A stretch of DNA of 64,000 nt from Utricularia gibba. Lineage: Eukaryota; Plantae; Magnoliophyta. Below the pieces are notes generated by a model. That model saw only the letters and a list, made by a program, of their open reading frames with translations, made no database searches and had not been told where the DNA came from. Every line of letters starts with the position of its first letter. The stretch's first letter is position 1. Position numbers and translations under genes: made by a program. This document shows, piece after piece, positions 36,285 to 53,282 of this stretch. Where the stretch lies: the NCBI GenBank assembly GCA_002189035.1, contig NEEC01000008.1, positions 3,382,357 through 3,446,356 of the forward strand. Direction: 5' to 3'.

Positions 36285-38965
36285 TCAGGATTGTTGAAAT
36301 GATGGTGCAATCCAGAGCTTCACCTTCTTGTCTGTGCTGGCTGTGGCAAGCATCAGCACCCTTTTGTTTTCTACATTAACAGAAGATTTTTGCAGTGTGG
36401 GTCAGAGGAATGCATCAAACATGAGCTTGAAAGTTCAAAAGTACTGAAGGTACATACCAAAAGGAATGGGGGTAGGTGACCATTTGATGTCTGTAATGTC
36501 ACCTGCACAACATATGCGCGCTCTTTTAATTGTGCACTGAGGGAAAAAAGGATTCGGGAAAGCAATTACATACCATCATGAGCCTTGTGGGCAGTGTCCA
36601 AAACTTGTCCTGTCTCAGGGGAGAGCCACTGTAGCATTGAACCATGCGTTACTGCCAGTATCTTCTGATCCGGGGATAGACTGAGACGATCATAGTGCAA
36701 AGCGTTTCCATTTTCATCGCGGAGTGGGATGGGAAAGGATTTTATTGTTTTTGGGTCTTCATCCAGATGATAGCGAACTTCATGAAGTAAGCAATGTCAG
36801 AAAACCCATATCATGTTGTAACGCAAGATTATGCATGGATTTTTGAAATTCTAAGCATTAGACAAAGAAGTCCAGTCCAGAATTCCTGAAACATATTCCC
36901 ACCTTCGAAAAGTATATAGCGTTAAAAATTGCTCCTACCCTCAGCCATCAGTCCACGGGAAACTTACAAATGAAAAGCCAAGTGGATAATCATACCATTA
37001 ATATTCCATATTCTTATTGAGCCATCCCTTGAGGCTGTGATGATCTGCTCTGAATTTGAACTGAAGCAAAGCCATGTAACAGCACTCTGCTCACATACAC
37101 AAATGCAACTTTAGATTGGAAGAACAAGGAGAATAGGAGGGTGAGGCTGATGAAGAAAAAGATGAACATTTCATTGCCCACAGCATACGTTAAGTCAACA
37201 AGTAACTAGAATTTCTAAACCGATAAAACAGCAAAAAAAAATTAGTAACGTATTTCCTTCATTTCATGCAAAAGTGAGAAAAATCGCATGACATGGATGA
37301 AGAGACAACCTTATGACCTTTGAGTTGCATAACTTTTGAGATCTCTTTCACAGTACCATCCTTAGAGTACAGAATTTCCCAAATCTGTGAAAATAAATGA
37401 TGCCGGCAAATAAGCCACGCTTTTATCTCGAAATTTAATAGCAGAAAACAGCGAGCCTATCATCGTGATGGCATAATTTTGCAATTGAATCAGAAGTACG
37501 AAGCCAATGCAACCTTCACATCAGCAGTAAATGCAGCTGCTGCGATGAAACGTCCATCAGGAGATATTGCGGCCATAGTATTTTTTAGCTGATTTGTGTC
37601 AACATTCCCCAATGATTTTCCTGATTTTCCATGCCACAATCTAATGTCAGTACCTGAGAAGAAACAGTAAAAAAATGTTAATAGGACTTCATGATCCTGC
37701 AGCCTCCACTAAACGAGGAAAGTATCACATTCTACAACCACACTTGGAAGAAGTTCCAAAGTTTGATAAACTAAAGTTATCACTTACGATGGGTTAATCT
37801 GAGCATTACAGTTCATGCATAATGCACATAAAGAGTGAAGATCAGAAAAAAAAAAAAAAACTGCAAGTTAAACCATGAAAGCTTGAATAAGAAATATGAA
37901 TAACAAAAACCTTCAGAGCATGATGCAAAAAGTGTACTTCCATCTGCACTGCCATAAGTTGCCCTCGCTCCAACAAGAGTAAGAATGGCTCTCTGGTCAT
38001 GCACTTTATGATGCTCCCATTTGATCTCAGGGAGCGGGAGTTTAGTTTGCTGCTTCTGGTCCGCGGTTGATTTAGGCTTTTCCTCCCCGTACATGTATAA
38101 GGATGACCCTGTAAGTGTCTGTGAAGCTACTACCACGCTGGAATCATCATCCGCAAAAGAAATTGCTGTCGGATGATGACCAGGTGGTAAATTGATTCTG
38201 AGGAACCTAAAACGAAATTATAAATTGTAAAGATATGTATTGGCACTAATTGAAGAGAGACAGAAATATTGGAATAGTACTTGAAGCTTCTACTGGAAGC
38301 ATCATCCAACTTGAAAACTCTGACAACACCATCTCCACAAGCTGCAATTACAAAGTTCCAACATGATCAGGACAATACGATTGCTTGTCTGGGTTCCCAA
38401 ACGTATTGCGTTGTTAGTGTAAAGAGAAAAAAAACATGCAATATCTTCAAGAAATGAAAAAAGAACACCTTTGGAGATAAACAGCTGCCTACTGCATACT
38501 AAACTGCATTCCAAAAAGATCAGAATCTTAACAACAGAGAAGATATAGAAAGTTACCAGTCGCTAAACTACGCCCATCAAGCGAGAAGCAAATCCCGTAC
38601 ACAGAATCACCATGCCCCTTCAATGTATTGACATCCAGCGGATGGTGCTTCTTATTGGCATCCTATAGTAAAAGAAAGGGATCTCATTTCATCTGTATAA
38701 GCGGCTCCACCATTAAACCCCCAAAACAAGAAATCTTGCGGTTTACTTTATCACCAGAGGCATGGGAATGTGCATGAGATTTGTGCTGCAGCTTCTTGGC
38801 ACCCGGTGGCTTATTTCCCGATTTAAGGTTCGAATCCGCAACTTCAGGTTTGATGATTGATTGGATTTCCAATTTCCTCTTCCGCACGTAAGTTCCGAAC
38901 ACCATGAAAGCGATCAGCGCTCCAATGATCGCTGAAACCACCAGCACCGGAAAAGTCACATCCAT
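36285..38965 (-). CDS. Transducin beta-like protein 2 (TBL2-like) WD40 protein with N-terminal membrane anchor
   Basis: MDVTFPVLVVSAIIGALIAFMVFG anchor; WD exons; ends ...DITDIKWSP...LATASTDKKVKLWIAPSFQQS*. Confidence 0.8.
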
Positions 38966-39744
38966 TTCTTCCGAAAGTTCAGAGGCTGAATCTCTCGCTC
39001 GAAATTGAGACACTCCGTCACAGCGGTTTTTCCAACTCTTACACCAAATTATATATAAAACAATTTCTTCCTACCGGACCGTCGGTTCTGAGATTGAGAC
39101 ATGGACCATGGCGCCGGGTTGGATTCAATGCTATTTTTTTAAAAAAAACTAAAACTTATGTATTTATTTGAAATTTCGTTCAAAATTGTAATAAACCGGC
39201 CAATTTTCAGTAGCCGAACCGGCCAAGGCATCCTTCCAACCGGCGATTGCTAATTCTTCCCGCAAGCGAGAGAAGGGAAGAAGACACTGGAAGGATCCAG
39301 CACCATTGATTAAAATAACAAACGGTGTAGCGATGACACGTGTAAGCCTGATATTTATCCTCCTACGTGAAGTAAATAGAAAAGCTTTGAATCACAGATT
39401 CTGGAGCGCGGAAGGGTGAGGGAAGGCCTGGATCAATTGCTTGATTGCCGGGGTTTCAGGTTCTTACTGCAAGAATTGCTTGATGTAATAGTTTTATTCC
39501 ATTCGTTTAGGTTGAAGCCTCAATTGCTTGTTTTTTTGGGGGGTTGAAAGGCGTTTGCCTATGTTCTGGCTTCACGAATTTCGTTGGAAGGAGTTGATCT
39601 CGGTCAATTGTTGGTCATAAATGCGTTTCGTTGTTTTAATAGCTCGCAGTTCCCATTTGTGTATGGAAAGTGCCGTTTTGTCTGTTGTGTTATCGGTAAG
39701 CTTATTCATGGATTGTTCTGTTGTTTGATGGAGGCACAGTAGAA

Positions 39745-41063
39745 ATGCAAGGGCGTAGAGAAATCGGCGATGCATCGAAGAGCGGGCGGACCATATTTGA
39801 TCATTTTGGTTCCAGGACGAGCATGTTTCAGCATTCTTTTGGTGGAAGGGTTCCGTTTGATGACCCTTTCTTCACCAGCCCCTTTGGCCGTGCCTCCAGG
39901 TCTGATATATTCCGCACTGATAACCATAGCCATTTGCACAAGATGCAGGGGCCTGTAATCGAAGAGATGGATGGGGATAACGAACAGGATTCGGACAGAA
40001 CCGAGGGAAATGGAGGTGGTAATGATGGAGTTGCTGACAGCCATCCAATTATTGAGCATCCAGATGATCAGGAAGATCGTAAGTTGAACCTTCTCTGCAC
40101 CTTGACAAGTTTTTGAGCTATTCAGGATTAGCCTCACTATTCCTCTGATTTCAGATGCGGCAGTTCCTGGGGCTAAAGATAGCAACCACAGAAGAGCCCC
40201 AAACAGCATGCATGACAACAAGGTCGATGTAGCGGAATCCAGGACTCGTAGCATGAGCTTCCAGAGGGTGACATATGGTGGTATCAACGGAACATATTAC
40301 ACAGCGACAACATCTCGTACCACAGGGAACGACGGGGCATGTTCCTACTTATCTGAATTTTTTTTTTTTTTGTTGCATATTAGCTGTGCTATTAGATTTA
40401 TAACGCTGTGCATGAACATTTTAGCAGATGACATTCGAGGAGAGCAGAGAGGCTAACAGAACAACTGGTGAAGCAACACATAAGATATCCAGGGGAATTC
40501 ACCAAAAGGTGCCAAAACGAATGTTATCTTTTTCTTCCTTCTGTTTCTTTTTGTTTCACGTCAAGAAGGCAAGAAGCGAATGGTGTAATACTGCTCCTTC
40601 AACAGGGGCATTCAGTTACCAGGAAGCTAGATTCCAGTGGTAAGGTGGACACAATGCAGACTCTTCACAACATAAATGAAGGTCAGCTGGTCTATGAACC
40701 CCAAGAATCATGGATTTGTGAAGCATCAGTTTCCAGCGACTGTATAATGAGATGCATCTTCGTTGTGGGCAGATGAACTTGTTGGCTTTGATCAAGCTTG
40801 GGAGGGGCGCACCGGCAAATATTTCCCAGGTTTCGCAAGCCCCTTTGGCTCTCAAACAAACTCAGGTAAATCTGTCAGGTAATACGATCAAACAAGCTCT
40901 TATTTACAATGGTGAGTCAATCGGTGACAGAGAACGCAGGTGGCCGGCTTGGAGCACCTACAGCATGGGTGGGTTTCAGGATCCTCTTTTCAGGGAGGGT
41001 TCCGGTGGGGGGCAGTCACAGAGAGGAAAAGCAAAGAAGGTTGTGACAATCAACATTGAATAA
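39745..41063 (+). CDS. Myeloid leukemia factor (MLF)-like plant protein
   Basis: SFGGRVPFDDPFFTSPFG; SFQRVTYGGINGTYYTATTSR; TFEESREAN...ATHKISRGIHQK|GHSVTRKLDSSGKVDTMQTLHNINE|DELVGFDQAW; ends KKVVTINIE*. Confidence 0.75.
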
Positions 41064-41208
41064 TTAGGTTGTATGCTAAGCAGATTTTGTAACGAAAGGA
41101 CAAAAGCAAACCTCAAAGATTGAGTACCAAATATCAACACCAATGTAGCTTCTAAAAGAGCTTAAAACAAACATAGCAAAGTAGGGAGAACACTTCAATT
41201 CATGAGCT

Positions 41209-42255
<1,047 letters not shown>

Positions 42256-42329
42256 GGCGGCGACGGACGGTAATTGGATACCTCACAACTGATCAAGCTC
42301 TGGCTTTCCAACACTCCCGATGTGAGAGG

Positions 42330-42519
42330 AAACCCTAACATACTTCAGGGACCCAAATCACTAACAGGCCTATGCCCAATTAAATCCATGACCCGAAATA
42401 ATTAATGGGTCTTCCTGGACCGTTATATTATGGACTAGGCCCATTCCAAATAACGGGCCAAACCCAGTTGCATTGAGGGTAACTCTCGGCCCAGGGTCAT
42501 TCGTCTTCGCCATGGCCCA
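42330..42519. promoter_or_regulatory. Telo-box plus site II elements in the RPS13 promoter
   Basis: AAACCCTAA at 42330-42338; GGCCCA at 42438, 42488 and 42514. This is the classic telo-box/site II (TCP) combination of plant ribosomal protein promoters. Confidence 0.75.
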
Positions 42520-42698
42520 GGTGGTGCCAGGCCCGCGCCACCTTCATCTTTGCTCTCTCTTCTGCTCGATCCAGGAATGGTGTTCAAATTTACTGGCATA
42601 TCTGTGCGTGATAACTTCTTGCAAGGGCGGGAGATGCTGAAGCCTAGTATTTCACGGTAGAAATTTCGTTTTTTGAATCTCAATTTGGAGATCGAGGT

Positions 42699-44839
42699 AT
42701 GATGGGCAGAAGATTTTGTATCGGATGGAATCGGTTGCTCTTTACTCTGCCTGCGGTTGTTTTGTTCATCCACTTACTTTCAGGTTGGCGATTTTTCGCT
42801 TTCTGATGAATGTACAGCATCTTCGCTTTAGTTCTGAGTAATACGTGAATTTCTCAGTTAAGGAGCTTTATAGCAAAACGGAATCAAGGAATGTTCGCAA
42901 GGTAAAGTTGAAGAAACCTGATCACCTTGTCCTTGGGCTTGCTGCTGGTGAAGGGCGACCTGATCGTTTGCACTGCCGAGGTTTGTTACTTATCTGTTGG
43001 TAGTTGGTTATATATGATTTGCTTCATAAACTCATTTATTTTTTCAGCTAATAAGTACTTGTTCCTTTGCGGCTTATGGTGTTCAATCAGTCTTGATGTG
43101 CCGTTGGCGCTGTGTCAACTCACATATCTGTGTTTTTGGCATGCTTTGAATTACTTTTTCATGATTGTTTCCCGTGTTGCCCTTTTCTGAGCCGTCCCGA
43201 ACCCGGTGAATCAAAGGATCATGCTACCCTGTGGTGTGTCATGCGGATATTTATGTGTTTTGGAACCTTTCAGCCTTTAGCGAGTCTATAACTTCCAGTG
43301 GATGTCTGCAGGAACGAAGGCCCTCAACATAACCCGTGCTGAGAGTTTGAACCGAAATTCTTTCTCATTTGATCCTGTGGCGTTTGTGACAGTGTTTACT
43401 GTGTACAATTCTAGCACTGAGGATCGGCAAGCTGATATGATTACAGTAGGAAATATTTCATACAGCAAAGTGGAGAGATCCATGGCGATCTTGAACATTT
43501 TCGTAAATTTCATAAGGGTAATTAGCTGTAGTCACGCACACGCTTTTTTGTATTTATTATGTCTGTGCATCTCTTCTAGTTATCTCTTGGACAAGTTGTT
43601 ATCTGACCATGCATTGTAGGTTTCAATGCCTCAAAGCAGAGTCATCATTCTCAGTGATCCAAATTCTAAGTTTGACCTCCAGAGAGACATGGTCACGCTT
43701 CAGCCAATACAAGGTGAATACTCGCGTGACAAGTTGATGCTACAAAGAATCAGGTCTTACATTGTAAGAGCAAAAAGCATTGTTGAGAATCCTATTTTTG
43801 TTCTCCATAGTCTCTTTTTACCTATCCTCGTTATAATGTTCGGTTTTGGTAGCTGTGACATTAACCTGATTCACGAAATTGGTCTCAGATTCTATACTAC
43901 AATTGAAGCTCAATTACTTGATATAAATGCATAATTGGGGTTCTCATGGTCTCAAGAAATGACCTAGATAAAATATTCCTGCTATCTGCCATTCTGCTTT
44001 CAGAGAAGGACCATCCCTGTATATTGCCTTATTAGTTTCTTATTTTTCTTGTCATGGTAAGGCCTTCCTAGAAATGCAATCAAAGAATGTCATCCAGAAA
44101 GAGGAGCGAGTTACACACTACATTTTCACAGACTCTGATATAGCGGTTTTGGCTGATCTTGGGCAAATATTTACAGAGTATCAAAATTTTGACCTTGCGG
44201 TTACATTCCGGAATAACAAAGAACAACCACTAAATTCAGGATTCATTGCAGTAAGGGGAACAGCTGATGGCATTCACAGGTTCTTTTTAGTTTCTTCCAT
44301 TTTTCGTCATGTAATGCTACTTACTGATTGTCTTCATCTGAGCTTCTCCTTTTTCCACAGGGCCATTTCTTTTTTGGAGGAAGTGCTGAAGGTGTACAGT
44401 TCAAAATTTGCAAGGGCCTCTAGAATGCTTGGGGATCAGTTGGCTCTTGCATGGGTCATCAGATCTAACCCCAAGTTCGATGCTAGCAGGTTTTCTGGAA
44501 GGAACGCATTTATCGATCAAATTGGTGCCGCCACTGTTCTTTTTCTTCCATGCTCCAGCTATAACTGGACACCTCCAGAAGGGGCAGGGCAATTTCATGG
44601 GATGCCTTTGGATGTCAAGGTAAAATAGGGTGTTGTCGGATTTATAATGACGAAAAAACATCTGCCGTTCCTTTGGTGGCGTTTTCACTAGACATGGTTT
44701 CTTCATGCAGGTGGTTCATTTCAAAGGGTCGAGGAAGCGACTCATGCTTGAATCATGGAATTTCTTTTCGTCTTCCTCTAACCTCTCAGACACTCTTTGC
44801 CTTATATTGGGAAGCGGCAGAACGAAGTATGACTTCTGA
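42699..44839 (+). CDS. Uncharacterised type II membrane protein with nucleotide-diphospho-sugar transferase-like features
   Basis: N-terminal TM exon (MMGRRFCIGWNRLLFTLPAVVLFIHLLS); DxD-like FTDSDIAV; PLNSGFIAVRG; GDQLALAW; YNWTPP; VVHFKGSRKRLM; ends GRTKYDF*. Confidence 0.75.
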
Positions 44840-45192
44840 CAACCCAAATAGCTAGTCTCCAATGAGTAAATTGTCAGCAACCACTTTTCCAAGTTGGCTC
44901 AGAGAGCTTCTCTAGGCTTGTTGTGAGTTCTAAGATGCCTCTCGAAATTGTTCATAATCATTCATTCATTGTTTGCTATACCTCTGGATCTTCATATGGG
45001 AAGCTTTCATTCCCTATAAGTGTATAAACTTATTTCGTTTGTTAAGATATGAACATTTCTGTAGCTCAAAACAAATTGTAATGTGGCGATTCGGCGACAT
45101 GGTTGTGTCCAGTACTCAAAATTTGAGCATGTTTATTGTCTCATTACAGGGGACAAAAGAAACTCCAAAGCTTTTAGTGGAGGATACCGCCT

Positions 45193-47691
<2,499 letters not shown>

Positions 47692-48056
47692 TCCTTGCGA
47701 GGATGCGGGATTCTGCAAATTCAGACTGGTGGGTTTGGTTCGGTAGACGGGCTTTTTTCAGGCCGCATGGGTTTGAAAATTCCAACCAAATTGTTGGTGA
47801 GAAATGGTGGGTAGAAGGTTGTTAGTTTTGGGGGTTGAATTGAAGTGGAGCTCCTCAGGATCCCACCAACCTCCCTTCGCCTAACACTACACTGCAACCA
47901 TCACTTTCATGTCACATGAAGAAAAAATGTTGGTAAGTCTTGAAATATAGTTGTTGTGCACAGATGTAATGAAGTTCTCAAATGAAAAATTGAGGGTAGA
48001 ACGACGATACTGGAAGACATTCATATGGTCTCTTCACATGAATCCAATAGGCGAGA

Positions 48057-51000
48057 TCATGAATTCAGCCAGGGGAAGACCTTGGGAGATGATGGCAGTC
48101 GTGCCGTGAGCACTTCGACTCCGGTATCAGTCACCTGAGTAGGGTATTCAGCAAATATAAGATCAATATGCGGGCAACAGAAATTGGGAGGTTGCTGTTG
48201 AATACAACGCATTACCAGGAGGGTGTGCTCAAATTGGGCACTTCGTTTCCCATCAGCTGTTACGGCTGTCCAGCCATCCGGCCACATTCGGTCACGCCAC
48301 ACTCCTACCAAGAGGTGATAAAGGAGATGAATGGAGACATCAAGAAGCACTTTCTCAATATGAATTGGATTCGATTCTGATATGAAAACCGAGAACAAAG
48401 CGTGAAACTATGAGGAAGTACCAGAATTAATCATTGGTTCTATCGTAAATGTCTGGCCAGCCTTCATCACTCCGGCAGCTTTATTTCCTATTTGCGTGTT
48501 AAGTTCCGACATTGCAAGTTAAAGCAAAGATCATATAAATCGGAATTCATAAGAACAATTTTCATCAAAGAAAGTGAGATTATTCAGCGGATACGTGCAT
48601 AATGTGGTATATTAGGCGCGCAATGGAAAAGCTCCCCAATACCATGGCCGCAGTATGATTTCACCTGAATTTTAAAACAAAGGATGTGATTATACGATGG
48701 CAATAATTAAACAAGCAATGGGAAATAAAGAAGCCGGTGAAATGTTTACCACTGAGAACCCAGACATAGTAGCATGGCGGTTAATAACCTCCCCTACTTC
48801 CCGAAATCGCACTCCAGGTTTGACTGATAAGTGCAGAATACAAATGATAGGATTGAATGTTCAGAATTATTGCTTTTGGAGAGAAATATTGAAAATTCAA
48901 GGGTGGTGGAAGGAGTAGAACTTAAGAGGTATTGAATCTGCACACTCACCAATTGCTATTGCTTTCTCTAAGCATTCATAAGTACATTGGACCAATCGTA
49001 AAGATTCTTCATCCACATTACCCACGAAGAAAGTCTCATTCAAGTCACCTGGATATCCATACGACAAAAGAAGCAAATATCAAACTTTAAGCCATACACA
49101 TCCCAAAATGACTTCCAAGTTATGATTACCATGCACCCCTTTGTAACACACAGTAACATCAACATTGACAATGTCACCATCCTCCAATTTCCTGATTAAT
49201 TAATGAGACGCAAGGGGTTACAGCTATCATCAAGGGTGTTAATGCACATAAATGGATTCCTATACCAAACTTTTTACTTGAAATCATGCAAGAAAATAAA
49301 AATGTTCATTCAACATTAACTTGAGGGAAAACCAACAGCTTCATACATCATTACAAGTCACGGGCTTGTGTTTATAAGATACCTTGCATCCGGAATCCCA
49401 TGGCAAATGACTTCATTTACTGACCTGAAAAGAAACAAGAACATTTTCTCAAATTACGCGATGATAGAAGAAACAATAAAAAGATAAGAAAAAAATTAAC
49501 GAGTACCTACGTGCAGCAAGATTTTGGGAAAAAGTGATAATTCAGTGGAGATGGATATCCTCCTGCCAGATTTCAAATTGAAAATAAAAATCAACATATT
49601 GCACAACAAAATTACCTATCCTATGTCCTTCATGTCCATCACTATTATTAGCAGTTAGTTCATCACGACTCCAATATCATAATTTCTTCATGATCATCTC
49701 AATGCATCACAAACCAGATTCTCTTAGCAATGTTTCACCCAAACCCATTTCGTAAACTACTTCATGATGCTAAATAAAAACAGCCTAGACTATATCTGAA
49801 ATAGTAAGGAATGAGATACCAGCAGCTATTGTTGCATCATGTACCACAGCATCAATTTCATCTGTAGTAATTCCAGGACGAATAATACGAGCTGCAGCGT
49901 CCAAAACTTCCCTTGCAATCTGGAAGAATCAATACAATCATATTTAAAGTAAAAATCATATGCCGGTTGAAAAAGAAACGAAAACAAATCTCATATTTCT
50001 ATTGCAAATCTACGGGACATTCAAACTACTTTGTGTAAGGAGCAGTAGGTAGCTCACTCTGCAAGTTTCACGCATTCTTTGAATTTGCTCCGGAGTTTTA
50101 ATCTTCCAGAAGGGAGGAAAACAGGTTTTAGGTAACAGTCTTTCACAACGAAAAAAATAAAGTATATCATGTTCATAAAAACAACGGTACCTCAACAACA
50201 TGCTGCAAGTCACTGTTTGGTTCAATTTTCGGAATTCCCTGATTGACACAAAGAAATAGCTAGGTATTGAACACCATATCCAAGCAGACAGAATAATCGA
50301 ACAATCTTGTATTCCCACATTCTCAATTATTCCTTCAATGCCTTTTAGAGATGAATACTCACATCAATTGCCCAGTCAGGGCGCTCAATGTGATCTGGTA
50401 CCAGCCGCCCTTTTGATATTGGATACGGTCTTAATGATCTGCAGTAACAACAGTGCAAAAAAAATATAGATCAAATGAAAAAGGATAGAATGGCACGTAT
50501 GCATACGAAAGAAATTTAAACATCAGAATTTTTGCAAAAGAATAAATTAACTGAAGGAAACTCTAACTTACAGCCACTGAAAAATGTGATTTCATTTACA
50601 TGTAGACACTACTGAAGAGAAAGAAGGCAAGAACAACCAATATAGAAGTGGCTAGTACCCTGTCCAATCAAACTGCGGAAGTTTAGCTGTGCGGGCCTGT
50701 CCCTTCCTTAAGCAATATAACCACCCATCGTTGGGATTGCTTATATTCTGATCTCCTTGACTTTCAGATACAGTGGAAGATTTTGGCTTCACGTGAACAG
50801 ATTTATGTGAAGTCCAAGACTCCTTGAAGCAATCTTGAGAACTGCACGATAAAACCTTGGCATCAAGAGGTGCTAGGAGCATCTATTATACATCAATGTT
50901 GATTTCGACTTAGTTGTTAACCAAGAATAAGTTTCAGTGGTATACCTTTGACTTAAAATTCAACAATAAAATGCAGTCTACTCATATTTACACGAATGAA

Positions 51001-51273
51001 TTCATAGCAATGTACCAGAAAGCAGCATCTTCACGGGGCAGCTTTAGTTCAACGCACTTCGGGCATCTGTAAAGAAAATAACATTAAATATTAGAAGTTT
51101 CCACTTCTTTCATAGGAAACGCAAGTTTCTAACTTGCATTGACCTGCTGAAGAACCGCAAAGAATCACACACAAAAGAAAGAACGCAACAAATACATACT
51201 GAAGATGAGCAGGTTTGCCGCATTTAGCACACGCCAGCGTTGCACTCTGCGCTGAACCGGATTCACCCGCCAT
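48057..51273 (-). CDS. MAP1A: Cytosolic methionine aminopeptidase 1A with N-terminal zinc finger
   Basis: [11 protein letters not shown]|CPKC...[18 protein letters not shown] zinc finger; [23 protein letters not shown]|[13 protein letters not shown]. Many short exons. Confidence 0.93.
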
Positions 51274-52186
51274 CTCTTCAAGAAATGATTGAAATTACGA
51301 ATAAGAGACATTATTACCAAACATCAAAATGTCCCCAAGCTTGACACGCACACCGCCCATCACCAGTAAAAAGAACACCACCAATTAGAAAAGCGCCATA
51401 GCCCGTACCTGGATTCGTAGTAATTCAAGCGGATGTCTGAGAATTAGGGTTCTCCTGCGAGCTCTGCGGGGCAGAAAAATTACACGTCCGGAGTATTTGC
51501 TACTTCCACTCCTAGTTTCCTCTTTACCACTACTCTCTTTTTTTATTCCTTTTTTAATATTAAAAAGCATTACAACTCTCCCCTCCAATAAAATTAGTAA
51601 ATCAATTTTAACACGCAACTGTACGGAAAACGTGTTGGCAAATTAATAATAGTGATCAAATTTCTAACTTTAATAGAATCAGAAATTATTAAAAAACTGT
51701 AATTCATAAAAATTATCAACAAATACAATATATGAGTAATTAAAATATTCAATAGATTAAATTAGTATGAGGAGAAGTGATCCATCTAATCCACTAAATA
51801 CCAACAAATAATATAAAATAAATATCACAAAAATTTTATAATCATCGTTAATCAAACTCGTCATATGGACAGGGTTTGGACTCGGGTTGCGCTTGTCGGG
51901 TTTGCCCCAAATCCATTTCACTCATGATGCAATATAAATTTGATTTCTAACTGATATTGCAATTCGATTTTTCATATAATTAATTCCAAATTTATTTTCC
52001 ATTTCAAATTCATTTTTGAAAGGTTGAAGGAGGGGTTTAGTGATTTTGGATTTGCACGCCTACGGTGCGCCATGACTCATCCTCGCCGTCTCCCACTTTT
52101 CTTGTAATTCTTCTTCTCCTTTTAACAAGAAATGGTCTGCGACACGAGGGATTGAATTGACAGGTATACCAAAAAGCGAACTATTT

Positions 52187-52696
52187 TCAAACGTTTTCGA
52201 TGGTCGTCTTCTTCGTGCATATCCTCTTCCATCTCCAGGCCTTGTGGCAGCTCTGCACCGCCCGGATCCGGCTTCGCACCGATTCGAACTCGGAGATCCG
52301 GCAGGGTATCGTTATCCCGCCCGGATGATTATACCCGAATTCCTTTTCGGATTCCTTGAGCAGGTCCCAGAAGAAGGGGTGGTTGAAGTACACAACCGGC
52401 ACGAAAACTTTCTGGAAGTCGTCATCCTCCTCCCCAACGTAAACTGCTATTTGCCCTTTTGGGGCTGGAGGAGGTAACCCGATCCGGCTATATTTCGGGC
52501 CGGGTAGATGTTTCCCGGTCAGGACTGCTTTAAACCTGGCTCTCAGGCGATTGATGAGCTCTGAAAAGGCGTTGCGGTGTGACTCCTGCGCAGGCTCTAG
52601 ACGGCGATAGCCTTTCGAGGAGCATCCGCGTCGGGAAAATCGCCGGAGAAGAGTGGAGATGCGGCGTTTAATGAAAAAGACCCGTGTCCTTCCCAT
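52187..52696 (-). CDS. SAUR36: Small auxin-up RNA protein (SAUR36-like), intronless
   Basis: PKGQIAVYVG...VPVVYFNHPFFWDLLKESEKEFGYNHPGGITIPCRISEFE. Confidence 0.9.
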   Translation of the reverse strand: MGRTRVFFIKRRISTLLRRFSRRGCSSKGYRRLEPAQESHRNAFSELINRLRARFKAVLTGKHLPGPKYSRIGLPPPAPKGQIAVYVGEEDDDFQKVFVPVVYFNHPFFWDLLKESEKEFGYNHPGGITIPCRISEFESVRSRIRAVQSCHKAWRWKRICTKKTTIENV

Positions 52697-53219
52697 GGTT
52701 CCCGGCGCCGCTGTGGACGTGGTTTCTGTTGTCCCTCGCCGGAAAACTCTCTAAAACAGAGCTCCCTTTGGTCCAACCACAGGGTAGCACCAAAGGCGGG
52801 TTGTGAGACGCCGGGAGAATGGCTGAGACTGAAGCTGCAGATAAACAGGGGCGTGTGGACTTGAAGAATTCAGTAACGAGAAATAACGTGGAAATTTCCG
52901 AAATTGCGGAAATTCATAGCCACGCGTGACCTTCTGATTGGCCGGGTGGACCTACGCCAATTACAAATGATCGATACGTTTTATCATTCTTATAATATAA
53001 ACTAAATGCTCATGTGTGCCAATGTATGATTTAATAATTGATTATTTGATAATATATATGTAAAAAATATATAAATCAATTTCCTTTGGATAAGACGAAA
53101 ATCAAATAGGGCATTCGTACCCCGTTCTTGAATGTTGAAAAAAACCAACACGTGCGTTGAAGCCGTACGCACACCTTGAGGGCCCCACATGAGTACGGAT
53201 CGCGATGCTTTAGCGGAAC

Positions 53220-53282
53220 GAGACACGGCTCTAGATTTTTTCATATCCTCAAAAAAAGGAAAAATCTCCAGCTTCATGTCGG
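53220..53282. promoter_or_regulatory. Candidate auxin response elements upstream of SAUR
   Basis: GAGACA (TGTCTC on the minus strand) at 53220-53225 and TGTCGG at 53277-53282, about 0.55 kb upstream of the SAUR ATG. Short motifs also occur by chance. Confidence 0.35.
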
